Source: Haliotis cracherodii
Taxonomy: Eukaryota
Assembly: GCF_022045235.1 (NCBI RefSeq)
Contig: NW_027266297.1
Coordinates: 72,540,001 to 72,604,000 of the forward strand
Length of the DNA: 64,000 bases
Reading direction: 5' to 3'
Shown: piece after piece, positions 1 through 12,565 of the stretch
Numbering within the stretch: the first letter of the stretch is position 1
How the letters are laid out: every line of letters starts with the position of its first letter
Position numbers and translations under genes: made by a program
The notes under the pieces: model-generated
What the model saw: only the letters and a program-made list of their open reading frames with translations
Database searches by the model: none
Told to the model about the DNA's origin: nothing

Positions 1-760
1 GTGATGGCATTCCCAAAGACATAAACAAAAGTATAAACATTACTACAGTTGGGGTTAATGGGCAAATTTCCAGATTCATGTAACGGCCTCGCCACACTGG
101 AGTGTAAAGGTGTCGCACGCTGTGAAGGGGCTTGCCACATCACATGACCATCTCCACTGATGATCCACCTTGACTACGTATTGTCAACTCTCTCAAGGTC
201 ATAAAACAGAAGTAGACACCGAGACATCTGAAGCACATTTATTTTCTTTTGTTCTTGTATTTACACATCCATGACAAATTAAGTGTTTGGTTCTGATATA
301 TATATATATATGGCCAGTACTGATAAGCTGAAATAAAGGTTCTAGTAGCAGCAGCCCAAGTTATTCTCATTCTATGTAATATTGTAACTGAAACACACAT
401 TGCAGACAGAGTGTATTTACAACAAGGTAGATATTTGTGGGAAACACAACAACAGGTAGAAAACAGTTGAATACTGATGCAGTAATCCTATAACACCAAT
501 AAATTTCATTAACACGATACAGTTGTCCACAGCCTCCAGTATCCTAACCAGTTCTTAAATTCTTTATGAATAAAACAGAACAGTTAATAATTCAGTACAT
601 CAACTTAACATAAAATATACAACAGTGAACAATTTAACATGTCTTGTGATAAAATATTGGACTTGATTTGAGATCTATATTTGACGTGTTCATATAAACT
701 TAGCATTTGCACAGCTGACATGAGAATCTTAGTTAAATGATTTATTTGTGATGTTCCTGG

Positions 761-3641
761 TTAAGCAAGAACGGTGGACCTCTGTCGTTCCATGCCGGTG
801 AGTGTGAGATTCCTCTCGATGGTGCTCTGGGGGCGTGCCTGGAGCTTCTGCCGCACGTTCATGCAACGGTTGTCCAGCATCAGCGAGTTGTTCTTCAGCG
901 CGAGGTCATCATTGATGCGATGGAGGTTCTTCTCAAGGCCGTCCAGAGCGTGTCTGTTAAATAAATTGTGACAAACATTTCAATCATACTTTAACTCTAA
1001 GATACATCAGAATCATACATAAGCATTTCCTTGAGTGAGTTTGGTTTTATGCTGCTTTTAGCAATATTCCAGCAATATCACAGCGTGCGACACCAGAAAT
1101 GGGCTTCACACATTGTACCCATGTCGGGAATCCAACTCAGGGTCTTCGCTGTGACGAGCAAACGCTTTAACCACAATGCTACCCGACCGCCCCCAGTTCA
1201 AAGAACATCAAAAAGCTGCCTCCATCAACCTCCCTGCCCTTCTGACTAACAGAAGGAATGAACAAGAACCGATATGTGATGTACTCACTTTGCCTGGTTG
1301 CATTTCTCTTCCAGTGCCCGCTTGGTGGCCTCGAGCTGCTTGACTTCATCGGTCAGCCCGTACTGGGGAGCATCCCGACACAGTTCCACATTGGGTCGGT
1401 ATGTTCGGTTCTCAAGACGTGTTTGGGCCAGTTTCATCGGATTGATCTTGGCACGGATGGATTCTTCCAGGCCACGAATGTCATTCTCCATATCAGCAAT
1501 TTCCTCCTCAGTCTGAAAATTAAGATTACTTTTAGACTTGGCTGACTCACAGACGAGCTTCCATTGCAGTGACTAGTGAAGATAGTATCATTGGACTATC
1601 ATTACAACTTATGCTTTAACTAGGGCTGGGACGATACACCAACTGTACGATCCGATACGTATCACGCTACCTTACTCACGATCTGATATGTATCCCAATG
1701 CTTGCATGTACTCTTATCTGTGGTGCCTAAGCCATCTTTTTCATAGAGAGGATGCCAAATACCTGGCACACTGATTTACAGTTGGCAGTGTCAAGTATGG
1801 CACAACAAATGAAAATGTGTATGTTTTCACTATTAACTTGCACTACTGATTAGTGTTTAGTGGAACAGTTATTAGAGCAAACATTTAAGGTCAGCATCGA
1901 TATTTTTTACTTAGTGTGCGACTGATCAATACTTGTATCGAGAAGTAAAACAATCGCGATCCACCGATGCATCTGTGTATTGTCCCACTACTTTTAACAT
2001 GACAGTGACAGAACTTACATTCTTCTTCTGCCACTCCAGTTCATCCTTGGCTCTCTCGAACTCATGGATCCTCTTCCTGAAAGCGTATTCCGATGCAATT
2101 CTCTGAGCCTCCAAGTCATTGGCGGTCTGCTGGAGGGTGTGATGGATTGCCTCTCGTAGTCTGTTGGATGCCTTCATCTCCGCCTCCGCCCGTTCTTTGT
2201 TGTAGCGACTGAAGTCTTCCCACTGCTGGGGGGTGGTGCTCCTGTTGTAGAGACCATCAGGTTAGGGAGGTGCAATTATCATTCAAAGAAACAATACAGC
2301 AAAATCAAAACTTCTTTTCAGGTTGTTTTTTTTTTCTAGTATTCAAGTTTCAAGGGTCAATGCACCTGGTTAAAAAAAAAGATGTTTTGCCTCACAATAG
2401 ATTTACGTGTTATTTGAATAAAATACAAGTGTCTAGTCTTTGTTTATAGGATAAAATTTTGTTATTGGTATCTTTGCAACAAATCACATTGTATCCACAA
2501 AACTGGATAAATTAATAAACTAAATAAGGGTATTACAGAAGTATGAACAAGATAAGAAGGATGACATTTTGTTTCATCCTGTAACCAGATGAAGTGAGCT
2601 ACCTACCCCTTGGGCACTCTCAGTGAGTCTGGCTTGTAGCTGATGTTGGGGGAGCGGTCAGTGAGGTTGTATTGGTCAATGTCAATGCCCAGAGCAATGT
2701 TCTTGTCCTGGAGGTCAGCCTGCAGCTGTTGGCGAGCTTCCTGCAGCAGACACAGCTGCTCAAAAGACTCATCCACACGCTGCTGCAGCTGTTTCTTGAT
2801 TCCCTCAATCACCTCAACTTCCTGTCCAGAAAGAAATTATGCATCATTGTCAAGCGGTCAAAGTTGATATATTGCCCACACATGTATTTGTAGGTTTAGA
2901 AATTTAGTCAGTTATGCTGAACTGACTATCTACCAGGAGGCTGGTATCATGAATGTACCTAATGGTATGAAAGGTAATTATGATTTAGAATTGGTATCCT
3001 TTCAAGATGTAACTTCTCAAACACTTTGAAAATCTTAAAAATCTGGCCCACAACTTAGGAAACAGAATGTTTAGTGATATTAATTCCCCGAAGTATTGAT
3101 GCAGCAGGCTTGTGTTCCCATGCATATAATGCATCACAAGATTCCCTATCAACACAGTAATATATACAAGAATATATCCCCATGACCATAGAAGTACAGT
3201 ATTAAAGTCATTTGTATATGTCTTCACCTTGTGCAGCTGAGCCTCTGGTTCATCCTGGACCACATCAATGGCTTGCCTGCCCTCCCTCAGAGTCAGACAC
3301 TCGATGGCTACATCCAACGGCAAGTTCTTCGCCTCCAGTGCTTGCTCTGTCTGTTCCTTGGATTCAGTGAGGTCGGCTATTTCCCTGTCTGTGTCAGCTA
3401 GAGTCTTCTCCAGAATTTCTTTCCACTTCCTGATATCATCTACTCTATCTGCAAGACGGACATTATTTGAATGCTGATCCCATTTGGTTTGATTGTCTGT
3501 TTCATTTCTCAAGAATCTGCCTTCTTGTCTGACTTGGTGCGAAGCATCCCTCTGTCGCTCGGCATTGGTGGATATGGTGTAGTTGCTTGTGAACCAATCT
3601 GGGGGCTGGTAGCGAGTTGTGGGCCGAAGTTGGGTGGCCAT
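761..3641 (-). CDS. TEKT2: Tektin-2 (tektin B1-like) axonemal filament protein, 5 coding exons, 422 aa
   Basis: Exons 3641-3228, 2821-2607, 2241-2019, 1512-1289, 953-761, all GT-AG with matching phases; 1269 nt ending in TAA. Has the tektin signature RPNVELCRD and a tektin-2-like N-terminus (YQPPDWFTSN...ERQRDASHQVRQEGRFLRNET). Confidence 0.93.
1033..1195 (-). mobile_element. tRNA-derived SINE, family A
   Basis: Reverse complement of GGGGCGGTCGGGTAGC..GTGGTTAAAGCG...CCCGACATGGGTACAATGTGTGAAGCCCATTTCTGGTGTC...GATATTGCTGGAATATTGCTAAAAGC with ACTC tail; other copies at 17655, 24359, 34669, 36358. Confidence 0.8.
1621..1990. mobile_element. Non-autonomous hAT-like MITE
   Basis: Termini TAGGGCTGGGACGATACAC / GTGTATTGTCCCA; near-full second copy at 39564-39930, fragment near 16530. 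Confidence 0.7.
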
Positions 3642-4412
3642 TTTGACAGCTACTCCAAATTTAACTCAGGAGTCTGTAAAATCAAAGAAATTAATATTGA
3701 TAATCAACCAACAAATTATATGAGATTATTCCTTCCCACACAATACTACAATGATAAGTTTTTATTTCAATTAAGTATAATGAAGGATAACTTCTGTTTC
3801 TGCCAATCATCAACCACCCCTAATATATTGACATATGGCTCAATTCCTTGTTCAGACGTGTATAATGAACAAAAATACTGTGGGTTGTTTATAATTAGAT
3901 CTATCATTATCTTCGAACTTCAAGGCATTCCTGAATAATATAGCATGTTATCCTTGATCTACCAAACCACATGAATCACAATGGCCGTATAATGGATGAA
4001 CAAATTGGGTAGGTCTAGACATTCAATTGTTCAAAGTGGTAATGTTTCTTTCCATTATCATAGTTTAGCCTGAAAATAATGAATGACGTACTACTCTTTC
4101 CTAACGGTAAATGGATTCTGACCGTCATGCCTGCCTATTACAAATATACTCAATACATTAATACCCCAATGGGAATCTGTAACACTGGAGAGCATCAGCC
4201 AAGTTCATAAATAAGTCAACGATATGATGTGAAATGGTCAGTGCATTTAACAGTAAACTGGCCTGGAGGACAATATGGTGTAGTTAACCCGTTGTACAAA
4301 CCCAACAAAAGGTGTCGAAGTCGGTATCCTCTGTACTCGCCCGGTGTAAATTGATGGAAATGTTACAAATGAGCACTCAGTAAATAGCCACCACACTCTA
4401 CTTGTAGGCCTC

Positions 4413-4575
4413 GTTGCTAACGAAACACAAAACGACAGGACTATTGATGTCAACAATCTTCTAATTGGCCAAAGGCTTGACTATGGGCCAATTAAACGCT
4501 CGATAACATCCACCACTTTGGTTTGTTTACGTTGCCAACGTAACAACCCCGCGGAGGTCACCGCTAGGAGACGAA
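4413..4575. promoter_or_regulatory. Divergent TEKT2/ATRAID promoter with RFX X-box-like and forkhead-like motifs
   Basis: GTTGCTAACGAAAC at 4413-4426; TGTTTAC at 4524-4530 directly next to GTTGCCAACGTAAC at 4531-4544. CpG-richer stretch between two divergent genes. Confidence 0.5.
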
Positions 4576-4634
4576 ACAGGAAGATGAAGTCACATGACCT
4601 AAAAATGGCCGCTGTTTGATTCGGAAAAGAAAAC

Positions 4635-7600
4635 ATGACACCCTTCAGCGTTTGGTTTCTTATCGTCACATTCGCGATTTACTTCGTGTATTGTAGTGCT
4701 AGTAAAAAACAGGTAAAAACGTAGAAAATATTTGACTAATACAGATGTCTCTTGTGAGAAAAATCTAAATTTAGTAAAAGTATTCACATTCCGTCTCTTG
4801 TTTTCGTGGGATACCTATTTTCGTGATGTTTTGGTATATATACTACTGGGGGATCGGCGCAACCAGCTGCTGCATCCTGCAATCCCAAACCAAGAGTATT
4901 TTATCCGCATCAATCATATTCAGTTGATATTATTGACAATGTTGCGTAAAGTAAACAATTTCAATGCGCAGTTCTCCAATACCGTCAAATAACAACATCA
5001 TTGTTCCATCATAACATTGGTGCCATTGATGCCGACCTCCTAAATCTCGCAGACCATGTTACATTGTTTACATTGTAAAAGACTTCTGAAGAACTGATTT
5101 CCCCAGGAGTAGGTTATCTTATAGGTTGTGTTCGGAAAGACCTACCTTGTCTTACTTTGCTGTACACTTGTCTAAGGGTCGGTTTCTCTCGACAATGGCT
5201 TCAATGTATTCGTGGCTGCTGTGGTAAAATCTCAAGTGTTTTGCTACATTCATCCGTCTGATCTGACACCACAAAACTTTCAAAGGAATTACAAGAATTT
5301 GGGTTATATTTAGCTGCGAGGGCTACCTTTTCATGTTGATAATTAGGAGAATACGTTTATAAAAATATTTAGAACTTATCCCGATTTAGTCATTCATCCT
5401 AGATCTGTGAAAGAGGACTTTACAGTACCATTAACAATTTAATTTAAGGATTTATGATAGAAAAGTTATCTGTCACAGGGGTACTTATTTGTGTTTTGAT
5501 ATTTCAGAGCGATGTCTGTTCTAAGACTTGCAGTAGTTCAATGAATGACAGCTATGTCACTGACTTCTGTCACGAACATAGTCTCCAGGTACAGGGCAGA
5601 TGCTGCGTCAATGTCACAAGGTCACATCGGATATTATTAGGGTAGGCAAAGATCACATGGTCCGATCACATATTTTGTTTCACCATTGAACTGTTGAACA
5701 TTGTAAACATTATTTTATCACATGCAGTATGTAGTAGTATTTCACCAAGGCAGAGACTTGATAAAGAGGACATTTGGTTTATGTCATAAAAAATTAGGTA
5801 TGCTAATTCTGAACAAGAAAAATAAGAAAGAGAAGTAGGAGACAAAACCTTGATCAACTTTGGGCAAATTTAATGTGAGACACAAACAAATATGACAGGT
5901 GAAATATATTTAAGAAATAAACAATGACCACGAGTCCTTTATTTATTATATGATATATCAACATTATGTACAGCCTCTTTAAGGATGTTTATAAAATATA
6001 CAAGCTTTAAAGATATTTACCAAAATTTTAATGGTGATGACTCCCTGAATAGAATCCGACCCCAGCAATGTCGGACAAGTGCATTTTATGAACAGGTGGA
6101 TTGAGTTTGGTATTTCCCGCATATTCTGTACTTTTTCTCCTAATACCAATTGTCATATCGCTCCCACTTTTTGATGCGATCATTGGGCCACTGCGTTTAT
6201 CTGTGAAGCCCAGCTACATCTATGGGAAACAACTTACTAGACACTTCCCTCTCAAAAATAGCATTAAAATACATGACATCATCAAGTTGTGAGCACATGA
6301 ATGAGAATCTCCAGAAATGATGTTACCGGTATATAGAACAGTGTTTTATCGTTAAAAAAACCATGCTTCATTCTTTATTGTTCTTTGTGTTGTTGTGTAG
6401 CTATCTTACACTACCAAACCCTTAGCTAGGTGCAGTTGTCCTTACCCTTAAATACTAGTACATGTAGTGCCCTAAGCAAAGACATATATACAGCAAGGCT
6501 GGTAACAGAAACAAACATGGAAAAGCAAAGGCTTGGCATGCCTAGCATAGCAGAGTAAAAAACACCCTACGTAAAGCAACTGGCAGTGTTGGAGTGGTTA
6601 TTTTACAAATTGACAAGCTGATTGCCCACATGGCCACAGACGTTGCGAAGCAAAACTGATTCACAACTGAAGAGCAACAAGGGAGGTAACAACTCAAAAC
6701 TTATTTTAACATTCCACTAAAATATCAACAATAATTATTGTTCAACAGCTGACATCAGTGGCCTGCAACTCTAACTTGCCAGCATCAACTGGTCATGAGT
6801 CACAGTTTCGGGATGATGATGGTTCTTGATCGGACATTGTCATACGTATTCTCATGGTTTTACTAAAGTGATAAACCTACTTTCATTCCACATTAAGTGA
6901 TTTAACTAAACTGCAGCTCAGGGTAGTGATCAGCTCAACATGTTCTTTGACAGAAGTGAACACCTGGGACTATGCAGACAGTAAACATCCCATATCTTAC
7001 ACAGATTTAGCCTTTATCCTTGCCAAACTGACCACTCAGTGCCAAAATATAGTCACTGGTGAACTGCATTGTTGTTAACCCACGCTGATAAACTGGAACA
7101 TTGATTGCAGCCTTGACGTTCAGGGATGTGGACTGTCGCAGCTGACTGGCTTGTTCACAGATGGAGCATCTCTACAAGTCGTGTAAGTTAGGTTTCATTA
7201 AGACAGTTTGTCTTTCTTTCAGAACATTAACATTGTTTTCTTTCCTTCATATCAGTTTCTTTTGGCTTTGTTGATGAATATTCTATCTTTTCTTGCTTGA
7301 ATCTCAATGACTCAGTCCTGAAGTTGAATTTCAATGTTTGGCTATTGTCTTTGAAGAAACATAAAACTGTATAAGATGCTCTTGTAGTGACTTGTTGGTA
7401 TTCTTAGGGTGAAAATTCTTGATGTCATTTTTTCAGTCTACTCCAGGACAATCCTGTGAAGAATATTTCAAGAACAGATTTTGAAGGCCTCTTAGAATTA
7501 CAATATTTGTAAGTATCACAGACTGATTAGACTTTGAGGTGATCTAATACAATCAAAGATAAGCTTAAGAACTGCACTAAACTTTGAATGTCTTCAAATC

Positions 7601-10229
7601 AAAGACACAAGAAAGAGAATAACAATCCTAAGAATGTCAGTGTCGTGAGAGGTGACTAACCAGTTGCGTGTATCGATGCTCATGCCATCAATCACTGGAT
7701 TGTCTGGTCCAGACACGATTATTTACAGATCACCGTCATATAGCTGGAATATTGCTGAGTGTGGTGTAAAACAACAAACCAAATCCTTTGACCGAGGGCG
7801 CCAGATCGCCTAGCTGTGCAGAGTTGTGTCCCTTAGCTGGTAGATGCTGTTGATCCTTGTCTGTGACCAGTAGCTGCGGCACTCTGTCCTGTGTACAGTG
7901 CACAGGTCACAAATCTCATGAACTTCAGCAATTTTGGTTGCAGCGAGTAGTTTGATGGGTGACCGCATTCAGGAGCTTTACTCCTAAGAGTTTGTAGGGC
8001 TTTGAAGCACATTTGGAGTATTTGGATCTTAGGCAAGTGACATTGTTGAAGTATGCCTCTGTTCACCCAGCAGTTAATGGGTACCCAGTAGGATGACACA
8101 GGTGGCTTGGGTTTTATACTCCCCAGGAAGATGAGAATGAAATTGGGTGCACACTGATCTATTTATAATGTTTCTTTGAGCATACTTGACCTGCATCACA
8201 TTGACTGAAATATTGCATTCTGGCCAGGGCTCTTCCTGTGGGCAGTGACTGTCCAGGGGGCGTGGATGCGTGGGAGACTACCAATATTACAGCCAATGAA
8301 ACACTTTGTCTACAGGAGCTGGACTTCTGCCTTGTACATAATGGTAGGTGTGTCATGTATGCTATAAGTGTGCATGGCTGGGGTGATCTCAGGACACACA
8401 GGGGTCACAATTGGTGGAGGCATTTCTTTTAATGGTGACACTATTTATGTGGGGAAATATTTATACTTGTTATCAGTGTTAATCTGCTGCTTATCACAAC
8501 ATGTCATGCAGTAAACATCTGTCATATACATCTGTTGTCACTCCAGCTTGATAACGGTGTAAGAATCTACATCAAAATATCGCTAGATGCAATAAACCAG
8601 AAGTTGTTATCCATAGAGTTGTATGTTTTTCTTTTTATACCCCCGGCATATAATGTGATATAGCGATCAGCCAACCTGCCTGTACATAATCGTTTCCTTT
8701 TCCAGGGCAGAACATGAAAACCATTCAGTGCATTTGATCGAAACTTGGCAAATCTATCAGTCACTCACTGAAGTAGTGCCGTTTGCTATTTAGGAATTTT
8801 AGAAATTTTTGTTTTTTACGTTTCCATGGTAACAAGTTGGACTTAGGTTCTATAAGGGTGGTGTACATTTCCGGAACATAACTCAAAAACTATTATATAC
8901 TTTCTTACAAAACTTTGCATGTCTACCAGGCACATACTGAACTGGTGCCTTTTGCTATTTAGGAACTTTATAAATTTGTATATTTCCATGGCAACAAGTT
9001 GGATTTAAGTTTAAATATAGGGTGGGTTCACTTATGGGGTATAACAAATAAACTGTCAAATATTTCCTTGCCAAACATTGCATGTCTATATATATAGCAC
9101 ATACTGAACTGTTGCCATTTAATATCAAAGAGTTTTAGAAATTTTTATTTTAGAATTTCCATGGCAGCTATTTTGACATGGGCTAAGAGAAATGTTGGGT
9201 CAGTTACCTGGTTTGGGACAATAACGTGTTAAAATGGGCGGGGGATATAGATGACTTCGCTGACTATACGCTTGTTTAGTTATTGTTTCTTGTAATGTGT
9301 CATTTGTTAGCATTAAAAAAAACCACAGAAACACACTTGTTTTACTTTCCATTTCATATGGATGAAACCATGGTGGATCTGTTGTGGGTAAACAATGTAT
9401 GCTTCTTCAAGAACATTCAACTCTTGACTCATTAATACAGAATATCACATTTACTTGTGGTTACTTTACAGACAGCTGCCGGGGGGATATGTCATCATTC
9501 TGATGACTCTTGTCTTATTTATGTGAGAGATAAAACATCATTTCTGTGCAAATTTGATGTACTTATGTAACAAACACAATGTGTCTACAACCACTGGGGA
9601 CCAGTAGCATAGTGTTCCTTGCTCATACCAAACATGTACTTATATTATGTCTGTATGGGACCACCTCCTTGGTGGCAGAGTGTCTGCCTGGAGAGCAGAA
9701 GGTCGGGGGTTCAAGGAGGAAGGGGTATGACTCCTCGTAAATGGTAATGTCTTTGTGTATATGCCATTGATGCTTTCCTCCTTTCAGTGTCTTGCCCCTC
9801 CAATTCCTTCTGTGCTAATACAGCGCCTGGGATGAGTGAGTGCCTATGTTTACCAGGTTACCATGGATACAAGTGTCTCAGAAAGGTAGTTACATTATTA
9901 ACTGGTAGTCATGGAAATTTATCATTTTGATCATCTTTAAAGAAACAAAGTAACAACACTTAAGAAAACCTGTTACATCATCATTTTTGTTATTCTCATG
10001 TCCAGTGTGTTTTAGCAGAGTAGCTTTAAAAGCAGGTGCTTGTCATGTCAAGGACCTGGTCTTGATTCCTTACACTGTTTGATGCCTTCACTCTCTCAGT
10101 TACCTCCCCTTCATGTTGCAGGGTACATTTCCCACGACAGTGTTTACTGCTGGAATGGTGGGATCAACCATACTTGTGGCCGGCCTCCTCTGGGCCACTC
10201 AAAGACGAAATGTGAAAAAACGTGTTTGA
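4635..10229 (+). CDS. ATRAID: All-trans retinoic acid-induced differentiation factor (APR3), 7 exons, 225 aa; signal peptide, LRR-like part, EGF-like domain, TM helix
   Basis: Exons 4635-4712, 5508-5641, 7111-7182, 7437-7508, 8228-8343, 9788-9885, 10122-10229 with consistent phases. Motifs GRCC, ILLGLDVQGC, CPGGVDAW, CLCLPGYHGYKCLRKGTF and C-terminal LLWATQRR, as in vertebrate ATRAID. Confidence 0.9.
7640..7782 (+). mobile_element. SINE-like family B, partial copy
   Basis: ATCGATGCTCATG..AATCACTGGATTGTCTGGTCCAGAC...CATATAGCTGGAATATTGCTGAG with (AAAC)n tail, shared with more than 10 copies in the window. Confidence 0.75.
8632..9270 (+). mobile_element. Helentron/HINE-like non-autonomous element with internal degenerate ~150-bp repeats
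   Basis: TTTTATACCCCCG start and GCGGGGGGATATA sub-terminal inverted motif; internal repeats of AAACTTTGCATGTCTA...GAACTGGTGCCTTTT...CCATGGCAAC. Related copy at 49848-50220. Confidence 0.55.
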
Positions 10230-10789
10230 TAATAATCATTCCCATTGTTTCATATTCTGTCAGCCAAACTCTGCTTAGCATCCACTCCGCTGTCTGCTCC
10301 ATTCCAACCTCAGTGTCACTTAGGCTTGTCTCCAGCAGATATATGATGATAAAACTGTAATACTGTTCAAAACCAAGTTAAAATCCATTTCATACTTTTG
10401 TCAGATCAACAGACATCCTCCTGAGGCAATGGCGTTAACTGACTATAAAAGTAGAGTTTCCACCCTTGACAGAACTAGGCTAGAATTCCGTTTTTCCATT
10501 TTGCCTGAACTAATGAATCTAAGGCAAAGCAAAGTTGGGCATCGATAGATCGATCTGATCATCTTGACTGGTTGCTGCCATTTTGTTTGAAGCAAATGCA
10601 AGTGATATGAGGTACAATCTGATTGTCAATAGGAGGGACATAACATGTAATTGCCACTGGTGGCACTGTGATTGAGCCATGAAATTCCAGCCTAGTTCAG
10701 CAAGGGTTAAAACTGTTACAGTCAGTCATTCCATTGTGTTACATGTACTTCGACAGTGTAAGTTTGTGATGTGTTCATGTGTCTTCAGT

Positions 10790-11263
10790 GTTACCCCACA
10801 GTTGTGTGAACATGCATTCCTTGTTACCCCACAGTTGTGTGAACATGCATTCCTTGTTACCCCACAGTTGTGTGAACATGCATTCCTTGTTACCCCACAG
10901 TTGTGTGAACATGTATTCCTTGTTACCCCACAGTTGTGTGAACATGTATTCCTTGTTACCCCACAGTTGTGTGAACATGTATTCCTTGTTACCCCACAGT
11001 TGTGTGAACATGTATTCCTTGTTACCCTACAGTTGTGTGAACATGTATTCCTTGTTACCCCACAGTTGTGTGAACATGTATTCCTTCTTACCCTACAGTT
11101 GTGTGAACATGTATTCCTTGTTACCCCACAGTTGTGTGAACATGTATTCCTTGTTACCCCACAGTTGTGTGAACATGTATTCCTTCTTACCCTACAGTTG
11201 TGTGAACATGTATTCCTTGTTACCCCACAGTTGTGTGAACATGTATTCCTTGTTATCCCACAG
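10790..11263. repeat. 33-bp minisatellite, about 14 copies
   Basis: Unit GTTACCCCACAGTTGTGTGAACATGTATTCCTT; ends immediately before AATAAA at 11267. Confidence 0.95.
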
Positions 11264-11559
11264 TGCAATAAACATTGTATATAGTGTACAAAGTCATGGG
11301 AAATAAATGCTTACCAGCTCATTGTTTCATTTGGAACTTGCTTTATACATTAAAATACAAATATAAGACTGCACACAACCATGTTGTGAATACGTGTATT
11401 TCTGAGGATGCTACTAACAAATGCCACTCACTTTTTGTGAAAACATGGATGGGGGCCTGAGCCGTTGATGCTAAAATTTCTGCACGGCTCAGACCTATGG
11501 TGGTTCTCTAATCCCTGTGGGTTGTCTCAATTGACTGAGATATGTTAGATGATGTCATT

Positions 11560-11782
11560 TAGATTTGAAAATCCAGGGCAGAACTTAGTCTACAGCAACC
11601 CCCACTAGTCTTAATAGGCAACTGACAGGATCAGGTGGTCAGACTCGCTGACTTGCTTGATGCATGTCTTCGTATCTCACTTGCATAGATCAATGCTCAT
11701 GACTGTCTGGTCAAGACTCAATTATGACCAGACCACAATTATATAGCTGGAATGTTGTTGAGAGAGGCATTAAAAAACAAAC
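11560..11782 (+). mobile_element. SINE-like family B, degenerate copy
   Basis: CAGGTGGTCAGACTCGCTGACTTG...ATATAGCTGGAATGTTGTTGAG. Confidence 0.65.
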
Positions 11783-12565
11783 TACGAAGGTAAATTCCAA
11801 AACTTTGGACAGAAGTACCGCCATGTTTCCGTAAGACTGAGTGAAAACAGACAGGCAGGGCGAAAGTCTGTGGTAAGGGAGTGAGACATACCTAATATTT
11901 CAGTTCCAGCCTGAGTGGGAGTGATTTGGGTTTAACGCTGCTTTAAACAGTATTCCACTTATAACACGGCGTGTCAGCTTGATGTGGAAGGAAAGCCAAA
12001 TGTGATGCAGGTCTTAGGTGTTTACCACGTTTGTGAAACCCATGATCATAGGTTTCGTGTATCCACAAGGAACGCACAAAGCAAATTGCGGTGCCTTGGA
12101 TGACTGCTTTGAAGGCTATTATCAAACTGCCTCAGAATGTGATAAAATCTTATTATATACTATTATTGCTTAAGGCAGTATGTTTGGTTTGAAGAACAAA
12201 AGCAAAATATTATTGTATTTTCTTTTAAATTGACCTTTTTTGAGTTATGACCATGCAGTTGTGCAGGGAGTTTAAGGGTTTTTTGTCCACTTTTTCATAA
12301 CTGCCAGGCAAAGTCTATGTCTCCGAAAATGACTCCAAATTTGCTATGACTTTTCGACTGCAGAAAGATTAATTCGCCATTGGGAAGGTGAACCAATCAT
12401 ACCTACACTAAATATTGTGGTCAGTTTCCGAACAGTTTCCGAACCTGTATCTGTCCATGTCATTGCATAATACAAAAGACAAGGTACTTAACAAAACAAA
12501 AGTTTTATTAACACAAAAATATCTGTAACATATCACATAAATGCATGCTGTTATGAGAAGGAGCA

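Noticed and set aside
2985-3227. Hydrophobic C-terminal extension of the 218-aa tektin ORF
   Set aside because: Read-through into the intron after the donor at 3227; tektin homology continues in the exon at 2821.
5195-5227. Alternative ATRAID start (MASMYSWLLW)
   Set aside because: Stops after 10 codons and its possible donor is phase 2 while exon 2 needs phase 0; the 4635 exon supplies a signal peptide in the right phase.
10679-11306. LVTPQLCEHVF repeat ORFs
   Set aside because: 33-bp tandem repeat open on both strands.
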